Below the pieces are notes generated by a model, which worked only from the letters and a program-made list of their open reading frames with translations, was not told where the DNA came from and searched no databases. The position numbers were made by a program, and so were the translations under genes. A DNA stretch of 63,807 bases. Origin: a virus (taxonomy: Duplodnaviria > Caudoviricetes). Where the stretch lies: IMG/VR virus record IMGVR_UViG_3300050138_000202, positions 1-63,807 of that record. One strand, 5' to 3'. Positions 17,613 through 27,215 of the stretch are shown here, piece by piece. How positions within the stretch are numbered: the stretch's first letter is position 1; each line of letters begins with the position of its first letter.

Positions 17613-18570
17613 TTTCAAGAAAAGAGGCAATTTAAACCGAGGTAGTCAAGAATCGATTATCATCGGGGAAGGCTCCCCATACGTTCAGGAAAGTTTTGAC
17701 CTGGATCGATTGGAGAACTTCGTCAAAGGTCTTGGTGTGCAATATTTACACTACAAGTCCATGCCTAGCCCCATTGGAAAAAAAGACCGTGGAGACTATC
17801 GTCGAAGTGACGGTGTCGACACAATCACGTCAAATGGCATGCTCTATATTCTTGCTGGCAAATTCACGGCCACTATGACTGACAATTCGCGCGAGCGCAT
17901 GCGCGGTGGAGCGGGTACCCTCGATCCTTCCGAAAGCAAACTTGTAATGCCACGATTTTACGATACTGCGGAAGGCGAAGATCCTTGCAAAACTGGTCCC
18001 CGAATTTATTTACTCCCCGGTGATCGCATTTATGTTGCCAGTCCCAAAGTTGACGATTTGGTTGCCAATACGCACGAAATCGACTACGTGGTCGACGCAC
18101 CAAATGAGGCCATGTTTCCGATAGTTAGAATGGAATACGTCACTGACAGTCAGAATATCAGCTATACGGATGGAGTTGATTTTCAATTGACCTCAGATGG
18201 AAAAATTCAGTGGATAGATGGCGGAAGAAATCCTGGCATTGATCCAGATACTGGAAAGGGTAGAATTTACGCAGTAAGGTACCTATACAAAGCTTATTGG
18301 TATATAACGCAGCTTCCCAAAGAAGTAAGAATTACAGGGTCAGTTGACGAAAGCGGCGATCCCACACCTACGCGCGCCGCTTATCACGCTATTGCGCAGC
18401 GCGAGTACATTTACCATAATCAAAATAAGGGTAGCAAGACCAATCAATTGAAGCCCAAAGATCCCAAACGGACTGTTCAAGGTCCAGCCGAGCCCCAAAA
18501 CCCTTCTAAGTACTCAGTTCCAGTCGACATATCCGCAATTGGCGAAGGCCAAGACGAAGACGACCAGTAA
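17602..18570 (+). CDS. Head closure/neck protein
   Basis: Position; YTDGVDFQLT..GKIQW..YAVRY beta module seen in large-myovirus neck proteins. Confidence 0.6.
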   Translation: MENNFKKRGNLNRGSQESIIIGEGSPYVQESFDLDRLENFVKGLGVQYLHYKSMPSPIGKKDRGDYRRSDGVDTITSNGMLYILAGKFTATMTDNSRERMRGGAGTLDPSESKLVMPRFYDTAEGEDPCKTGPRIYLLPGDRIYVASPKVDDLVANTHEIDYVVDAPNEAMFPIVRMEYVTDSQNISYTDGVDFQLTSDGKIQWIDGGRNPGIDPDTGKGRIYAVRYLYKAYWYITQLPKEVRITGSVDESGDPTPTRAAYHAIAQREYIYHNQNKGSKTNQLKPKDPKRTVQGPAEPQNPSKYSVPVDISAIGEGQDEDDQ

Positions 18571-18607
18571 TCTTAGAATGGTATAACCCAAAGGAAAATA
18601 GGTATTT

Positions 18608-19123
18608 ATGGCAACACCAGTAATCAAAAGTAGACAAGTAGCAGGCGACAAATCGCGCGATCCATCAGCTATTGAATTGCTTGAATATAACGAGCAATCT
18701 GGCTCTAGAAAAAGTATCGAAGTCGGTCGAGCACTGCTCCCACTTGGTGACGGCGCTAGCGGTTTTACAACTAATGCTGTAACTCCACGAATCCTTCCTA
18801 GTGCTGGACGAAATCTTGCAATTTATAATAACGCAGCCACAGTAGGCGCAGTCACGGTTGGCGACAACACGATGACGGCTCAGGCCGCAGGCGCAGTTCA
18901 AACTTCTGGAACTAATCATTTTGTTGGCGTTCCGTGTCCCCCTAATGCTTGGACGTATCTTGCTGCCGCACAGTGGAACTGGGTTGCCGCAAATGCCGCC
19001 ACACTGCTTGTATTTTTGATTGACGACGACACATATATTATCGCTCAACCGCCTGCAGTAATCGCTGTTCAGGGAATCACTACCGCACCAAGCGGCGCAC
19101 CTGTTAACGAACCTAACACGTAA
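18608..19123 (+). CDS. Putative virion protein
   Basis: After an AATCTT motif; Ala/Thr beta-rich. Confidence 0.6.
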   Translation: MATPVIKSRQVAGDKSRDPSAIELLEYNEQSGSRKSIEVGRALLPLGDGASGFTTNAVTPRILPSAGRNLAIYNNAATVGAVTVGDNTMTAQAAGAVQTSGTNHFVGVPCPPNAWTYLAAAQWNWVAANAATLLVFLIDDDTYIIAQPPAVIAVQGITTAPSGAPVNEPNT

Positions 19124-19135
19124 TAGGAGCACGAA

Positions 19136-20074
19136 GTGTCTTCTAGTGCTGATTCATTTTTAAAGAAAGCCCTTGGGCCTGACTTTTTCCAGTCACTGGA
19201 AAAGTTTGAGCTATTGGGAGCCTCTGATCACGAAGAGATCAAGACGGCTTTACAGATTGTGCCGCGCACACTCATGAGCTTTCTTATCAGCAATTTACAG
19301 CCCATGATGGTTGGCGAATCCAAAGAAGTCGAGCTTCCAATAAAACATGGCAAGCATCCGGTTCTCAAAGTTAGCAAACACGATAAAGACGTGTACAGTG
19401 GCGACATAGAAGACGACACTGAAAAATACACCAACAAAAAGGCTGCTGAGTTCAAGTATCGGTCTATACCTGGAATTGGTCTCGTCATTATGAAAGCTTT
19501 TGAGCTTTATAACGTGGACGATCTAGACAAGAAGCCAGAGCACAGCGTTCCAGAAACTACAATCGCGATGGTCCAAAAGATGATCGACGAACGACTTGCA
19601 CTGCACGATCTCATCGGCAAGGTAGTCGATAAAAAAATTACACAAAGAGATGCAATTCAGTCGTTGGTTTTAGCTAAACTGAGTGGCAATATGTCCCATA
19701 GAGAATCTAAGCCCACTAAAAACGAGACGAATATAAAAGTCAATGTTGATGTCTCCCCCGAGATCAAGGTTGAGCAAAAGGTGAAAATAAAGAAAAAGTC
19801 TCCTCTTAAGGACTTCCTAGAAGAAAGGAAGAAAAAACTTAAGAAAAATGAATTCAAAATAGAATTAATGAAAGGCGAACAAGTTCATTGTCCAGACTGT
19901 GGTCAAAGAGTATTTGATGGAGATATATTTGGAGCCTGTATTTGCTATGGCGATTGTGGAAAAGTTTTTCTTAAAAAAACAGAAGATGGCTTTAAAATAC
20001 GCTTTTCTAAAAATTGGGATATGGACAATATCGAAATGTTATTGGAAATTTTGAGAAAAAACAGAAATGGCTAA
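19136..20074 (+). CDS. Hypothetical protein with C-terminal Zn ribbon
   Basis: AGGAG RBS, GTG start; CPDC...CIC. Confidence 0.65.
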   Translation: MSSSADSFLKKALGPDFFQSLEKFELLGASDHEEIKTALQIVPRTLMSFLISNLQPMMVGESKEVELPIKHGKHPVLKVSKHDKDVYSGDIEDDTEKYTNKKAAEFKYRSIPGIGLVIMKAFELYNVDDLDKKPEHSVPETTIAMVQKMIDERLALHDLIGKVVDKKITQRDAIQSLVLAKLSGNMSHRESKPTKNETNIKVNVDVSPEIKVEQKVKIKKKSPLKDFLEERKKKLKKNEFKIELMKGEQVHCPDCGQRVFDGDIFGACICYGDCGKVFLKKTEDGFKIRFSKNWDMDNIEMLLEILRKNRNG

Positions 20075-20867
20075 AAAAATTGATATATTTGAAATTCAAA
20101 GAAGAATTAAAGAGGCGCACGGTGACGTGGTGCAAATAGACGCTTCTACCTATAAAGGCACGCATGAAAAGGCCAGATTTATTGATGCTGATTTCGGAGA
20201 ATGGTGGGCTATTCCAAAAAACGTTTACGCTCTTAAAAATGGTCATCCCAAAAAAAGAGCAAAAAAAATCAGCAAATCAAAAACTTTAAGTATTGACAAA
20301 ATTAAAGAAAAACTATTCCAAATCTCTGGAGATCTTGTAACTATTGATGAGTCAACATGGATAAATACTACAACAAAATGTAGATTCATCGATAAAGAAC
20401 ATGGAGAATGGTTTACCAATCCATTCCATGTTCTATACGGTGGTTGTAGGCATCCAAATGGATCTCAAAAAAGAAAAGAAGAAACTACATTAAAACACTA
20501 TGGTGTAAAACATCCTTCTCAAGACAAAGAAGTTGCTTTGAAGGCTAGTCGTTCATCGAAAAACTCCTATATTAAGAAACATTGGCAAACGGGCGAAACT
20601 TTAGTTTGTACTGGCTCATGGGAAGCAAGGACAGTAGATAAGCTTAATAATGATATGATCAGATTTGAATGGCAGCCAAAAGTATTTGATATGCCAGACG
20701 GAAAAACATATAGACCAGATTTTTATTTAACTGAAGATGACAGATGGATCGAAATTAAAGGAAGATTTAGAATTATAGATAAGCAAAAATGGGATTGGTT
20801 TCAATCTATAATGCCTAATTCTGAACTTTGGAACAAAGAAGTGCTAAAAAATAAAGGTATTTTATAA
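20067..20867 (+). CDS. Putative homing endonuclease (repeats plus PD-(D/E)XK)
   Basis: Two ID..Y/W....K.RFID..GEW repeats; YRPDF..WIEIKG; AT-rich. Confidence 0.8.
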   Translation: MAKKIDIFEIQRRIKEAHGDVVQIDASTYKGTHEKARFIDADFGEWWAIPKNVYALKNGHPKKRAKKISKSKTLSIDKIKEKLFQISGDLVTIDESTWINTTTKCRFIDKEHGEWFTNPFHVLYGGCRHPNGSQKRKEETTLKHYGVKHPSQDKEVALKASRSSKNSYIKKHWQTGETLVCTGSWEARTVDKLNNDMIRFEWQPKVFDMPDGKTYRPDFYLTEDDRWIEIKGRFRIIDKQKWDWFQSIMPNSELWNKEVLKNKGIL

Positions 20868-22792
20868 TGGATAGTCAAAACATAGTCTACATGGCATACG
20901 ACGGCGACAATGCTGGCAGACTATGTGGACGCGCAATTTTAGCAGACGATCCAAATGCTCTACATGAGATTTCAGATAGGATTGCTCTTGGCCATGAAAT
21001 CGTAAGGCGATGGGTTGAAGCTCACGGCGGAAATTTTATTTCTGGCGGTGGAGACGAAGGCGTTTTCAGTATTCCTGCAGATGCCATTGCTAACGTTGAA
21101 GAGCTTCGCGCAGACTATCATTTTGCTACGAATTTGACTGCTACGGTTGGAGTTGGAAAAACTCTATCTGAGGCTGGCAAAGCAATGTTGGTTGGTAAAT
21201 TTAGGGGCAAAGACACTGTTGTTCAGTACGAAAACGCTCTTGAGACTGAAATTCAACAAGCCCAGGAACGCACTCATCAAGGGACGGCTTCTGCAGAAGA
21301 AAAAAAGATTAGCGAAGCCTATTTGGAAACGGAAGGAAATGGTATGAATAAAAACGAACACGATTGCCCATATTGCAAACCCCAAGCGGGCGCGCAAGCG
21401 AGTGATCCCAACCACTGCAAGTACTGTCACGACGTCCAACAAGACGACGCATGCCCTTATTGTGCTCCAGCCGCTGATGAAAGCGGAACTCACGATTGCC
21501 CATATTGCCAAAATCCTCAAGCTGGCGACGACTGCCCTTATTGCGCAAGTGGATCTCACGACGCCACGGTTGCTGGACACCCAAGTGATTGCAAGTATTG
21601 CGCACAACAAGATCAAAGTCAATCTGTTCCAGACGCAAATGGCGGAACCGATCAACAAGTCACTCCTACGGCTGGCCCCACGGTAAATAATCCTACGACT
21701 ACTGATAGTGAGAACTACGCGGGTCAAGATTTAAACGATCCAGATCTGCCTAAGCCAGAAGCTATTCAGCACAATCCCGATGGTCTTGGTGTGACTATTG
21801 ATTCGCCAACCAATGAGAATGTAAAGTTGGATGCCGAAGGTCAGGGCGGAAACAATATCATCACTCAAGAAGGCACTCCTGGAGTTGATCCTGGAAGCGA
21901 ACAGACAGTAGAGCAAATCGCTCAAGAGATTGACTCTATTCCCGTTTATGCTCAAGCCAATGATCCTGCTGTAGAAGCAATTGACGCTTCTAACATGGCG
22001 GTCGGCACTGGCGTTGAAGGCAACGTTAGCCGTCCAGAAAACTACGCTGATGAAAACGCTCCCAAAGATTTAGGTCTTGGCGAAGACGAGCAGGCACCCG
22101 ATGTTACTCAGTTGATGCAAGAAGGGTTGGATAACCATTCCCAGAACATCAATCGTGAAAAAGTGATCGGCCTGGTTTCTGAAGCTCTACAAGGATTCAA
22201 GGCCTGCAAGCCTATTATAGAAAAGTCAAAACTGCAGGCTCCTCAATTGTATGAGTCGTCTATTGCCATGTTACGCGCAATGATCGAAATGTGCAAAATG
22301 CTTGGCTTGGATCAAGAAGCTCAAACCGGCGACGGCAGCGATCCTCTTGGAAACGGCGCTGAAAGTAATGGTGTCGATGGCGGAACTCCCGCTGGTGGCG
22401 CGGTCAGCGGTGCAGGTGCGGGCGAATTAGAATCTGCTCCACAGCAACAAGACCCAACTTCTGGTATTCCGAACTATGCTCCAAAGGACTCTTCGAGTTC
22501 TAATGGCGGACCCGCTGAAAAAAAGTCTGAAGGGGCAGTAGGCCAATCGATTGGCAAATTGCCCACTAAAGCAACAACAGAGCACGTCGCGCGGACTCCC
22601 CAGCTGCCCAACGCAATTAACGAAAAGGGACAAAAGAAAGTTATTGACCCAGTTACCGGAAAGGTGCGCTGGATTGACATGAAAGAAGGAAAAGTCCAAA
22701 GCCCAACTGGCGTACCTGTAAAACCAGGCACCGTAGAAGCTGAAGGACAAGAACAACCGGAACGACCAGATGGCCCTAAAGTTCGAAATTAA
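20867..22792 (+). CDS. mCpol (minimal Cas10-palm/GGDEF-like nucleotide cyclase) domain fused to CxYC repeats and acidic disordered region
   Basis: YMAYDGDNAG, GGGDE and TVGVGKTLSEA..A..GKFRGKD in residues 1-120; six C(P/K)YC repeats. Confidence 0.75.
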   Translation: MDSQNIVYMAYDGDNAGRLCGRAILADDPNALHEISDRIALGHEIVRRWVEAHGGNFISGGGDEGVFSIPADAIANVEELRADYHFATNLTATVGVGKTLSEAGKAMLVGKFRGKDTVVQYENALETEIQQAQERTHQGTASAEEKKISEAYLETEGNGMNKNEHDCPYCKPQAGAQASDPNHCKYCHDVQQDDACPYCAPAADESGTHDCPYCQNPQAGDDCPYCASGSHDATVAGHPSDCKYCAQQDQSQSVPDANGGTDQQVTPTAGPTVNNPTTTDSENYAGQDLNDPDLPKPEAIQHNPDGLGVTIDSPTNENVKLDAEGQGGNNIITQEGTPGVDPGSEQTVEQIAQEIDSIPVYAQANDPAVEAIDASNMAVGTGVEGNVSRPENYADENAPKDLGLGEDEQAPDVTQLMQEGLDNHSQNINREKVIGLVSEALQGFKACKPIIEKSKLQAPQLYESSIAMLRAMIEMCKMLGLDQEAQTGDGSDPLGNGAESNGVDGGTPAGGAVSGAGAGELESAPQQQDPTSGIPNYAPKDSSSSNGGPAEKKSEGAVGQSIGKLPTKATTEHVARTPQLPNAINEKGQKKVIDPVTGKVRWIDMKEGKVQSPTGVPVKPGTVEAEGQEQPERPDGPKVRN

Positions 22793-23528
22793 CGCTGACG
22801 AAGTTCTGTCAGCGTTTACTCAGTTTAAAGAGCAAGCTAAAAAGGCAATGGAAGAATCGTTTCAAAAAATGGTTTTCGACACCTATGCTGACGTCGTTAA
22901 ACAGGCCTCGTCACTTTCTTCTGCAACAAATCAAGTCTATATGGCTGCGCTCAAACAGCCTATGGAAATTACTTCGAATGTTTGGGTAATCGCTCTAGAC
23001 GCCAAAGCGCTTTGGATCGAAGAGGGGATTGAGGCCAACAAAGACATGAAGCCTGGCTTATTAAAGGGTGCGGACTATAAGGTCATTCCTTTCAAATACG
23101 ACAAAAAGCCAAGTGCCAGCACGCCGATGACCCAAGCTCTAATGGCAGAAATCAATCAGAAACTGCGAAAGCACGATCTGTCGCTTTCAAAAATTGAGAG
23201 GGATTCGAAAGGCAGCCCCAAACAGGGCATGCTTCACGAGTTCGACATGAGTGGCAAGGGTAGACACGTATCGTGGATCAAAAGAAAGTCTGATGAAACG
23301 CATCCTTTGACTAGGCTGCGAATTTATCAAGGACCAGATGCGTCTGGAAAAATTAAACGAGAAGCTATGGTGTTCAGAACCGTTACTAGCGGACCTGCCA
23401 GTGCTGGCAAATTTATTCATCCAGGATATGAAGCAAAGCATTTTATGGATAAGGCGATGGATAAGGCTATTAGAGAATGGGAAGACCTCAGATTGCCTGA
23501 AATTTTTGCAAAGTGGGGTAACAAGTAA
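22770..23528 (+). CDS. Tail completion/neck protein (HK97 gp10-like)
   Basis: ALWIEEG..DMKP, FRTV and HPGYEAKHFMDKA motifs. Confidence 0.65.
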   Translation: MALKFEINADEVLSAFTQFKEQAKKAMEESFQKMVFDTYADVVKQASSLSSATNQVYMAALKQPMEITSNVWVIALDAKALWIEEGIEANKDMKPGLLKGADYKVIPFKYDKKPSASTPMTQALMAEINQKLRKHDLSLSKIERDSKGSPKQGMLHEFDMSGKGRHVSWIKRKSDETHPLTRLRIYQGPDASGKIKREAMVFRTVTSGPASAGKFIHPGYEAKHFMDKAMDKAIREWEDLRLPEIFAKWGNK

Positions 23529-24091
23529 TGAAAAAATGCACCACATGTAAAATATTCAAAGAAAACTCACTCTTTTCAGTAGATGGCAGCAGGCACGACA
23601 GGCTTTGCGCCTCTTGTAAGGAATGCTGTTCTATTCGAAGAAAAAATCATTACCTACTGAATACTGAAAAAACCTTGGAAAACAACAAGAAGTGGAAAGA
23701 AGATCACAAAATAGAATACCGAACATCTGAGGCGAAAAGAGAAAAGGAAAGAATTAAAAGTGACCTTAATTTTAAAATTAAAAAAATGTTGAGGTCGAGA
23801 CTTTCTGGGGCCATAAAAGAAGGTGCAAAATCGGGCTCTGCAGTGACCAATTTAGGATGTTCAATAGATTTCTTTAAATTATACACAGAAGAGCAATTTA
23901 AACAAGGAATGACGTGGGAAAACCGTGGAAACGGAAAAGACTCGTGGCAGCTTGATCATATTGTTCCTCTTTATAAATTTGATCTCACAGATCCCACTCA
24001 ATTGGCCAAGGCTTGTCATTATACTAATTTACAACCTCTATGGCATAAAGACCATATGGTGAAAACCAGATTTGATCTAAGGAGTGCGTAA
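23528..24091 (+). CDS. HNH homing endonuclease
   Basis: Zn finger; GMTWENRG, WQLDHIVP, HYTNLQPLW. Confidence 0.88.
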   Translation: MKKCTTCKIFKENSLFSVDGSRHDRLCASCKECCSIRRKNHYLLNTEKTLENNKKWKEDHKIEYRTSEAKREKERIKSDLNFKIKKMLRSRLSGAIKEGAKSGSAVTNLGCSIDFFKLYTEEQFKQGMTWENRGNGKDSWQLDHIVPLYKFDLTDPTQLAKACHYTNLQPLWHKDHMVKTRFDLRSA

Positions 24092-24093
24092 TT

Positions 24094-25110
24094 ATGGGAA
24101 TATTCCAGGGAGACGTGATCATTAAGGCTATGGTTGATCTTGGCATCGAAGAGATGAAGAAGAACCCATGGCTATTGGACCATGCATTCGAAAGTTTGCT
24201 TGCTACCAAATATATTGCCGACAAATATGGTCGCAAGCAGATTGATGCGGCCAAAGAATGGCTGGCTAACGTAAAAATCGACGTATATCTACGTCCGCGC
24301 GAAGATAAAGATCAGCTGCCTATGGTTACGATCTTCCCTTTGCCATCCAACGAAAAACCAGAAATGAAGACTATGGGCGATATGTCGACCATACGAAAAA
24401 TTCTGATGCCAAACGAGATAGGCAAGCCGATCCCCTATATTGTCAAGCCGTTCACTCCACTCGCGTATGACGCAAGCACGGGTCTTTTGGCATTGCCTCT
24501 AGCTACAATCGGAATTGAAACCGTGGTTGCTGGTCAAGTTTTAGTTAATCCAACTGATGGTACCGGATACATCATTCAGGGTGTCATCTCGATTAATGCG
24601 ACAACGGTCGCAATTCAAATTCAACCAGGCACTCCCATTCCAAATTCGACTCAGCTTGGCGTCGTTCCAGAATACCAATACTATGAAGCGCGCGTCGAGC
24701 ACACATTCAATCAAGAGACCTATTCCATTGGTTGTTACGCGCACGGCGATGTGCAGAATTTGATATTTTTACACACTATTGTTTATTATGCCATTATGCG
24801 TTACAGACAGACTCTTCTTGAGGGTAGTGGATTTGCAGAAAGTGTTGTAAATAGTGGAGAAGTTACCGAAGATCCAAATTTTACAGGGGCGGGCGGCGAA
24901 GAAGCGTATGTGCGTTTTATTACACTGACTGGCCAAGTAGAACAAAGCTGGATTAAGGCTCCGCAGCGCTTCATTGAGAGCGTCGTAGTGGCCGACCATA
25001 CTGCTGGATTGACTGGTGGAATAAAAATTTTGACGAATGAGCCGACCCCTTCTGTGATCAATCCTCAAAACGAGAGTTGGTTCACCGTTGAAGACGGCGA
25101 CGAATCTTAA
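24094..25110 (+). CDS. Putative tail terminator/completion protein
   Basis: Position upstream of the sheath; size and composition. Confidence 0.5.
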   Translation: MGIFQGDVIIKAMVDLGIEEMKKNPWLLDHAFESLLATKYIADKYGRKQIDAAKEWLANVKIDVYLRPREDKDQLPMVTIFPLPSNEKPEMKTMGDMSTIRKILMPNEIGKPIPYIVKPFTPLAYDASTGLLALPLATIGIETVVAGQVLVNPTDGTGYIIQGVISINATTVAIQIQPGTPIPNSTQLGVVPEYQYYEARVEHTFNQETYSIGCYAHGDVQNLIFLHTIVYYAIMRYRQTLLEGSGFAESVVNSGEVTEDPNFTGAGGEEAYVRFITLTGQVEQSWIKAPQRFIESVVVADHTAGLTGGIKILTNEPTPSVINPQNESWFTVEDGDES

Positions 25111-25114
25111 GCCT

Positions 25115-25561
25115 ATGAAAACTTGTAAAAAAGGACTTCATCAATACGAGGGTAAGCAGTGTAAAGAATGCCAAAAAGTCGCCAATGCTTCTTGGTATAG
25201 GATTAATGGTGAAAAATCCAAGGCTTACAGCTCTGCCAGGAGAAGGTCTGATCCCTCCTATATATTGGGATGGGTAGAATCTAATAGGGCTAAGGTGAAC
25301 GCTTACAGTGCTATGCGTAAGGCCGCAAATAGACAGCGTACTCCAAAATGGCTTACGGAATCTGATCTGATAGAAATTAATTGGGCATATGAGATCGCCA
25401 GACAAAAGACGCTAGAAACTGGCGTCATATATGAGGTAGATCACATAATTCCCCTTCAGGGCAAAAACGTATCTGGACTGCATATTCCTCAAAATTTACA
25501 GGTAATTACCCGTACAAAGAATCGTCAAAAAACTAATAATTTCGACGATATAAAGAGCTAG
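25115..25561 (+). CDS. HNH homing endonuclease
   Basis: YEVDHIIPLQGKNVSGLHIPQNLQ; same family as 3899-4357. Confidence 0.9.
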   Translation: MKTCKKGLHQYEGKQCKECQKVANASWYRINGEKSKAYSSARRRSDPSYILGWVESNRAKVNAYSAMRKAANRQRTPKWLTESDLIEINWAYEIARQKTLETGVIYEVDHIIPLQGKNVSGLHIPQNLQVITRTKNRQKTNNFDDIKS

Positions 25562-25562
25562 C

Positions 25563-25850
25563 ATGCCATACAAGAGCGATCAGCAAAGAAAATGGGCTCA
25601 TACAGCCACTGGTAAAAAGGCATTAGGCGGTGAAGCCGCAGTCCACGAATGGGACGAAGCGACCAAAGGCAAGAAATTGCCCAAGTACGCTAAGAAAGAA
25701 AAGATAGTGACTAATTTTTACAAAACCGAACTCCAAAAGTTTGGGGGTATGGGCCAACTCAGTTTAAATGAGGTCGCTCCAAAGCACCCAACCCTGCAGA
25801 AGTTCAAGGCTTTTCTAGATGCTACAAAGCTAAAGAAATGTGGTCCGTAG
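25563..25850 (+). CDS. Hypothetical phage protein
   Basis: MPYKSDQQRKW..EWDEATKGKKLP pattern. Confidence 0.65.
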   Translation: MPYKSDQQRKWAHTATGKKALGGEAAVHEWDEATKGKKLPKYAKKEKIVTNFYKTELQKFGGMGQLSLNEVAPKHPTLQKFKAFLDATKLKKCGP

Positions 25851-25883
25851 CAATCTTTGTAGAGTAATAAGAGGTTTAAAGGC

Positions 25884-26909
25884 ATGGCCAACGATAATAT
25901 GAATTCTCCTAAAGACGCGGCAATGGCTATCTTAGCTAAGGCTCAGAAATTACTTGATAATAAGTCCTCGGCTGCCATTGAAGATATCAAGGTAGAGGAC
26001 ATGAAAAAGTCCGCTCAGTATACCTCTGGTCTTCACACGGTTGCTTATTATGGTCTGGATAAACATTCTGCGCAGCAAGCTGCACTGGCTGTTTTGGCTA
26101 AATCTCAAGATTTGCTATCTGCGACCGTTTCCGCTAAAACTGATGGATTTCAAAAATCCGCAGAAGCTGAATCTGGAATGCACAAGGTTGAATATTACAG
26201 CCAGCCGTTTGAAAAAGCTGAAACTGGTCACGAGAAAGGTATCCATACTCAAAGTGACCCTTCTCAGAAAAGTCGAGTGATGATGGGAACTAGCAAGGCT
26301 GGTTCACAAATGCCGCTATCGCGCGACCCTAAAACTCGCGCTGAAGATGTTCATGACGCAAAAAAGGTTCATCAAAAAGTTCGTAGCGAAATGGATCACG
26401 ATGTTCCTCACAGGCCCTTAGCCAATATGAAGTCTGAGATGCTTTGTTCGGAACACGCTCTTGGTAAAACCGAAGGCGTACAAATCGTAAAGGCTGAAAG
26501 CTGCACGAAATGTATGGGCAAGTCTGAATGGTCTGATTTATATGAAGACCTGGCCAAGATGGAAAAGTCAGAAAAAGAAGACGAAAACGAGATTGGCACT
26601 AAATTTGTAAAGTCTGATACTGAAAACAAAAAGGCCCCAAGCAATGACTTGAAGCCAAAGATCGAAGAAAAGCCAATTGAGCGCGACAATCAAGACTTCG
26701 AGACGAAGCCTGGACACGCTCCTGAAAACGATCATCGAGAAGCAACAACTTTACCCCAACCCGCACAGAATCCAGCGGCACAAGGACAGGGCAGCAATCC
26801 TCCAGCAGGAACTAAGCCCGTAAATGGTAAAGGGATTCACAAATTGTCATTTTTTATGGGTCATAGACACCACAAGAATGCTGCCAAGAAATTTAATCCA
26901 GCTGGGTAA
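25884..26909 (+). CDS. Putative processed internal head protein
   Basis: About 11 hydrophobic-x-K-(S/A/T) motifs; internal repeats AA(M/L)A(I/V)LAK and SG(L/M)H.V.YY. Confidence 0.6.
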   Translation: MANDNMNSPKDAAMAILAKAQKLLDNKSSAAIEDIKVEDMKKSAQYTSGLHTVAYYGLDKHSAQQAALAVLAKSQDLLSATVSAKTDGFQKSAEAESGMHKVEYYSQPFEKAETGHEKGIHTQSDPSQKSRVMMGTSKAGSQMPLSRDPKTRAEDVHDAKKVHQKVRSEMDHDVPHRPLANMKSEMLCSEHALGKTEGVQIVKAESCTKCMGKSEWSDLYEDLAKMEKSEKEDENEIGTKFVKSDTENKKAPSNDLKPKIEEKPIERDNQDFETKPGHAPENDHREATTLPQPAQNPAAQGQGSNPPAGTKPVNGKGIHKLSFFMGHRHHKNAAKKFNPAG

Positions 26910-26913
26910 CCAA

Positions 26914-27198
26914 ATGGCTAAGAAAGAAAAGGTTGAACAAATGGAAAAGAAACAAGAGATGATAGCAGAAGCAGCAAAAGCCTTCCGCGCATCGCTTTAT
27001 AAGCCAGAAGTTCGCGTTTTAACTGAAAAGGAAAAACGAGAACAGTTCAGAATTTTCTGGGCTCAAAGTAAACGTAAATACGGCAAGACCAAAAGCATTG
27101 AAGATATTATATGGTTACATCTAAAATCTTCAAAAATGGACGAACCAGAACAGTTTGAGGCTGGCGTCGCCCACTTCGGACTCAAAAAGATTAAGTAA
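26914..27198 (+). CDS. Small protein preceding the tail sheath
   Basis: Position. Confidence 0.6.
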   Translation: MAKKEKVEQMEKKQEMIAEAAKAFRASLYKPEVRVLTEKEKREQFRIFWAQSKRKYGKTKSIEDIIWLHLKSSKMDEPEQFEAGVAHFGLKKIK

Positions 27199-27215
27199 GT
27201 AGGAGAATTTAAAAA

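Noticed and set aside
20867-21226. Type III CRISPR Cas10 or a canonical diguanylate cyclase
   Set aside because: Only a ~120-aa single palm is present, with no cas genes or array, and it lacks the D.D.FK..ND and GG(D/E)EF consensus.
12796-25561. Group I introns around the endonucleases in the neck cluster
   Set aside because: The endonuclease ORFs abut or overlap complete flanking genes, leaving no room for a ribozyme core.
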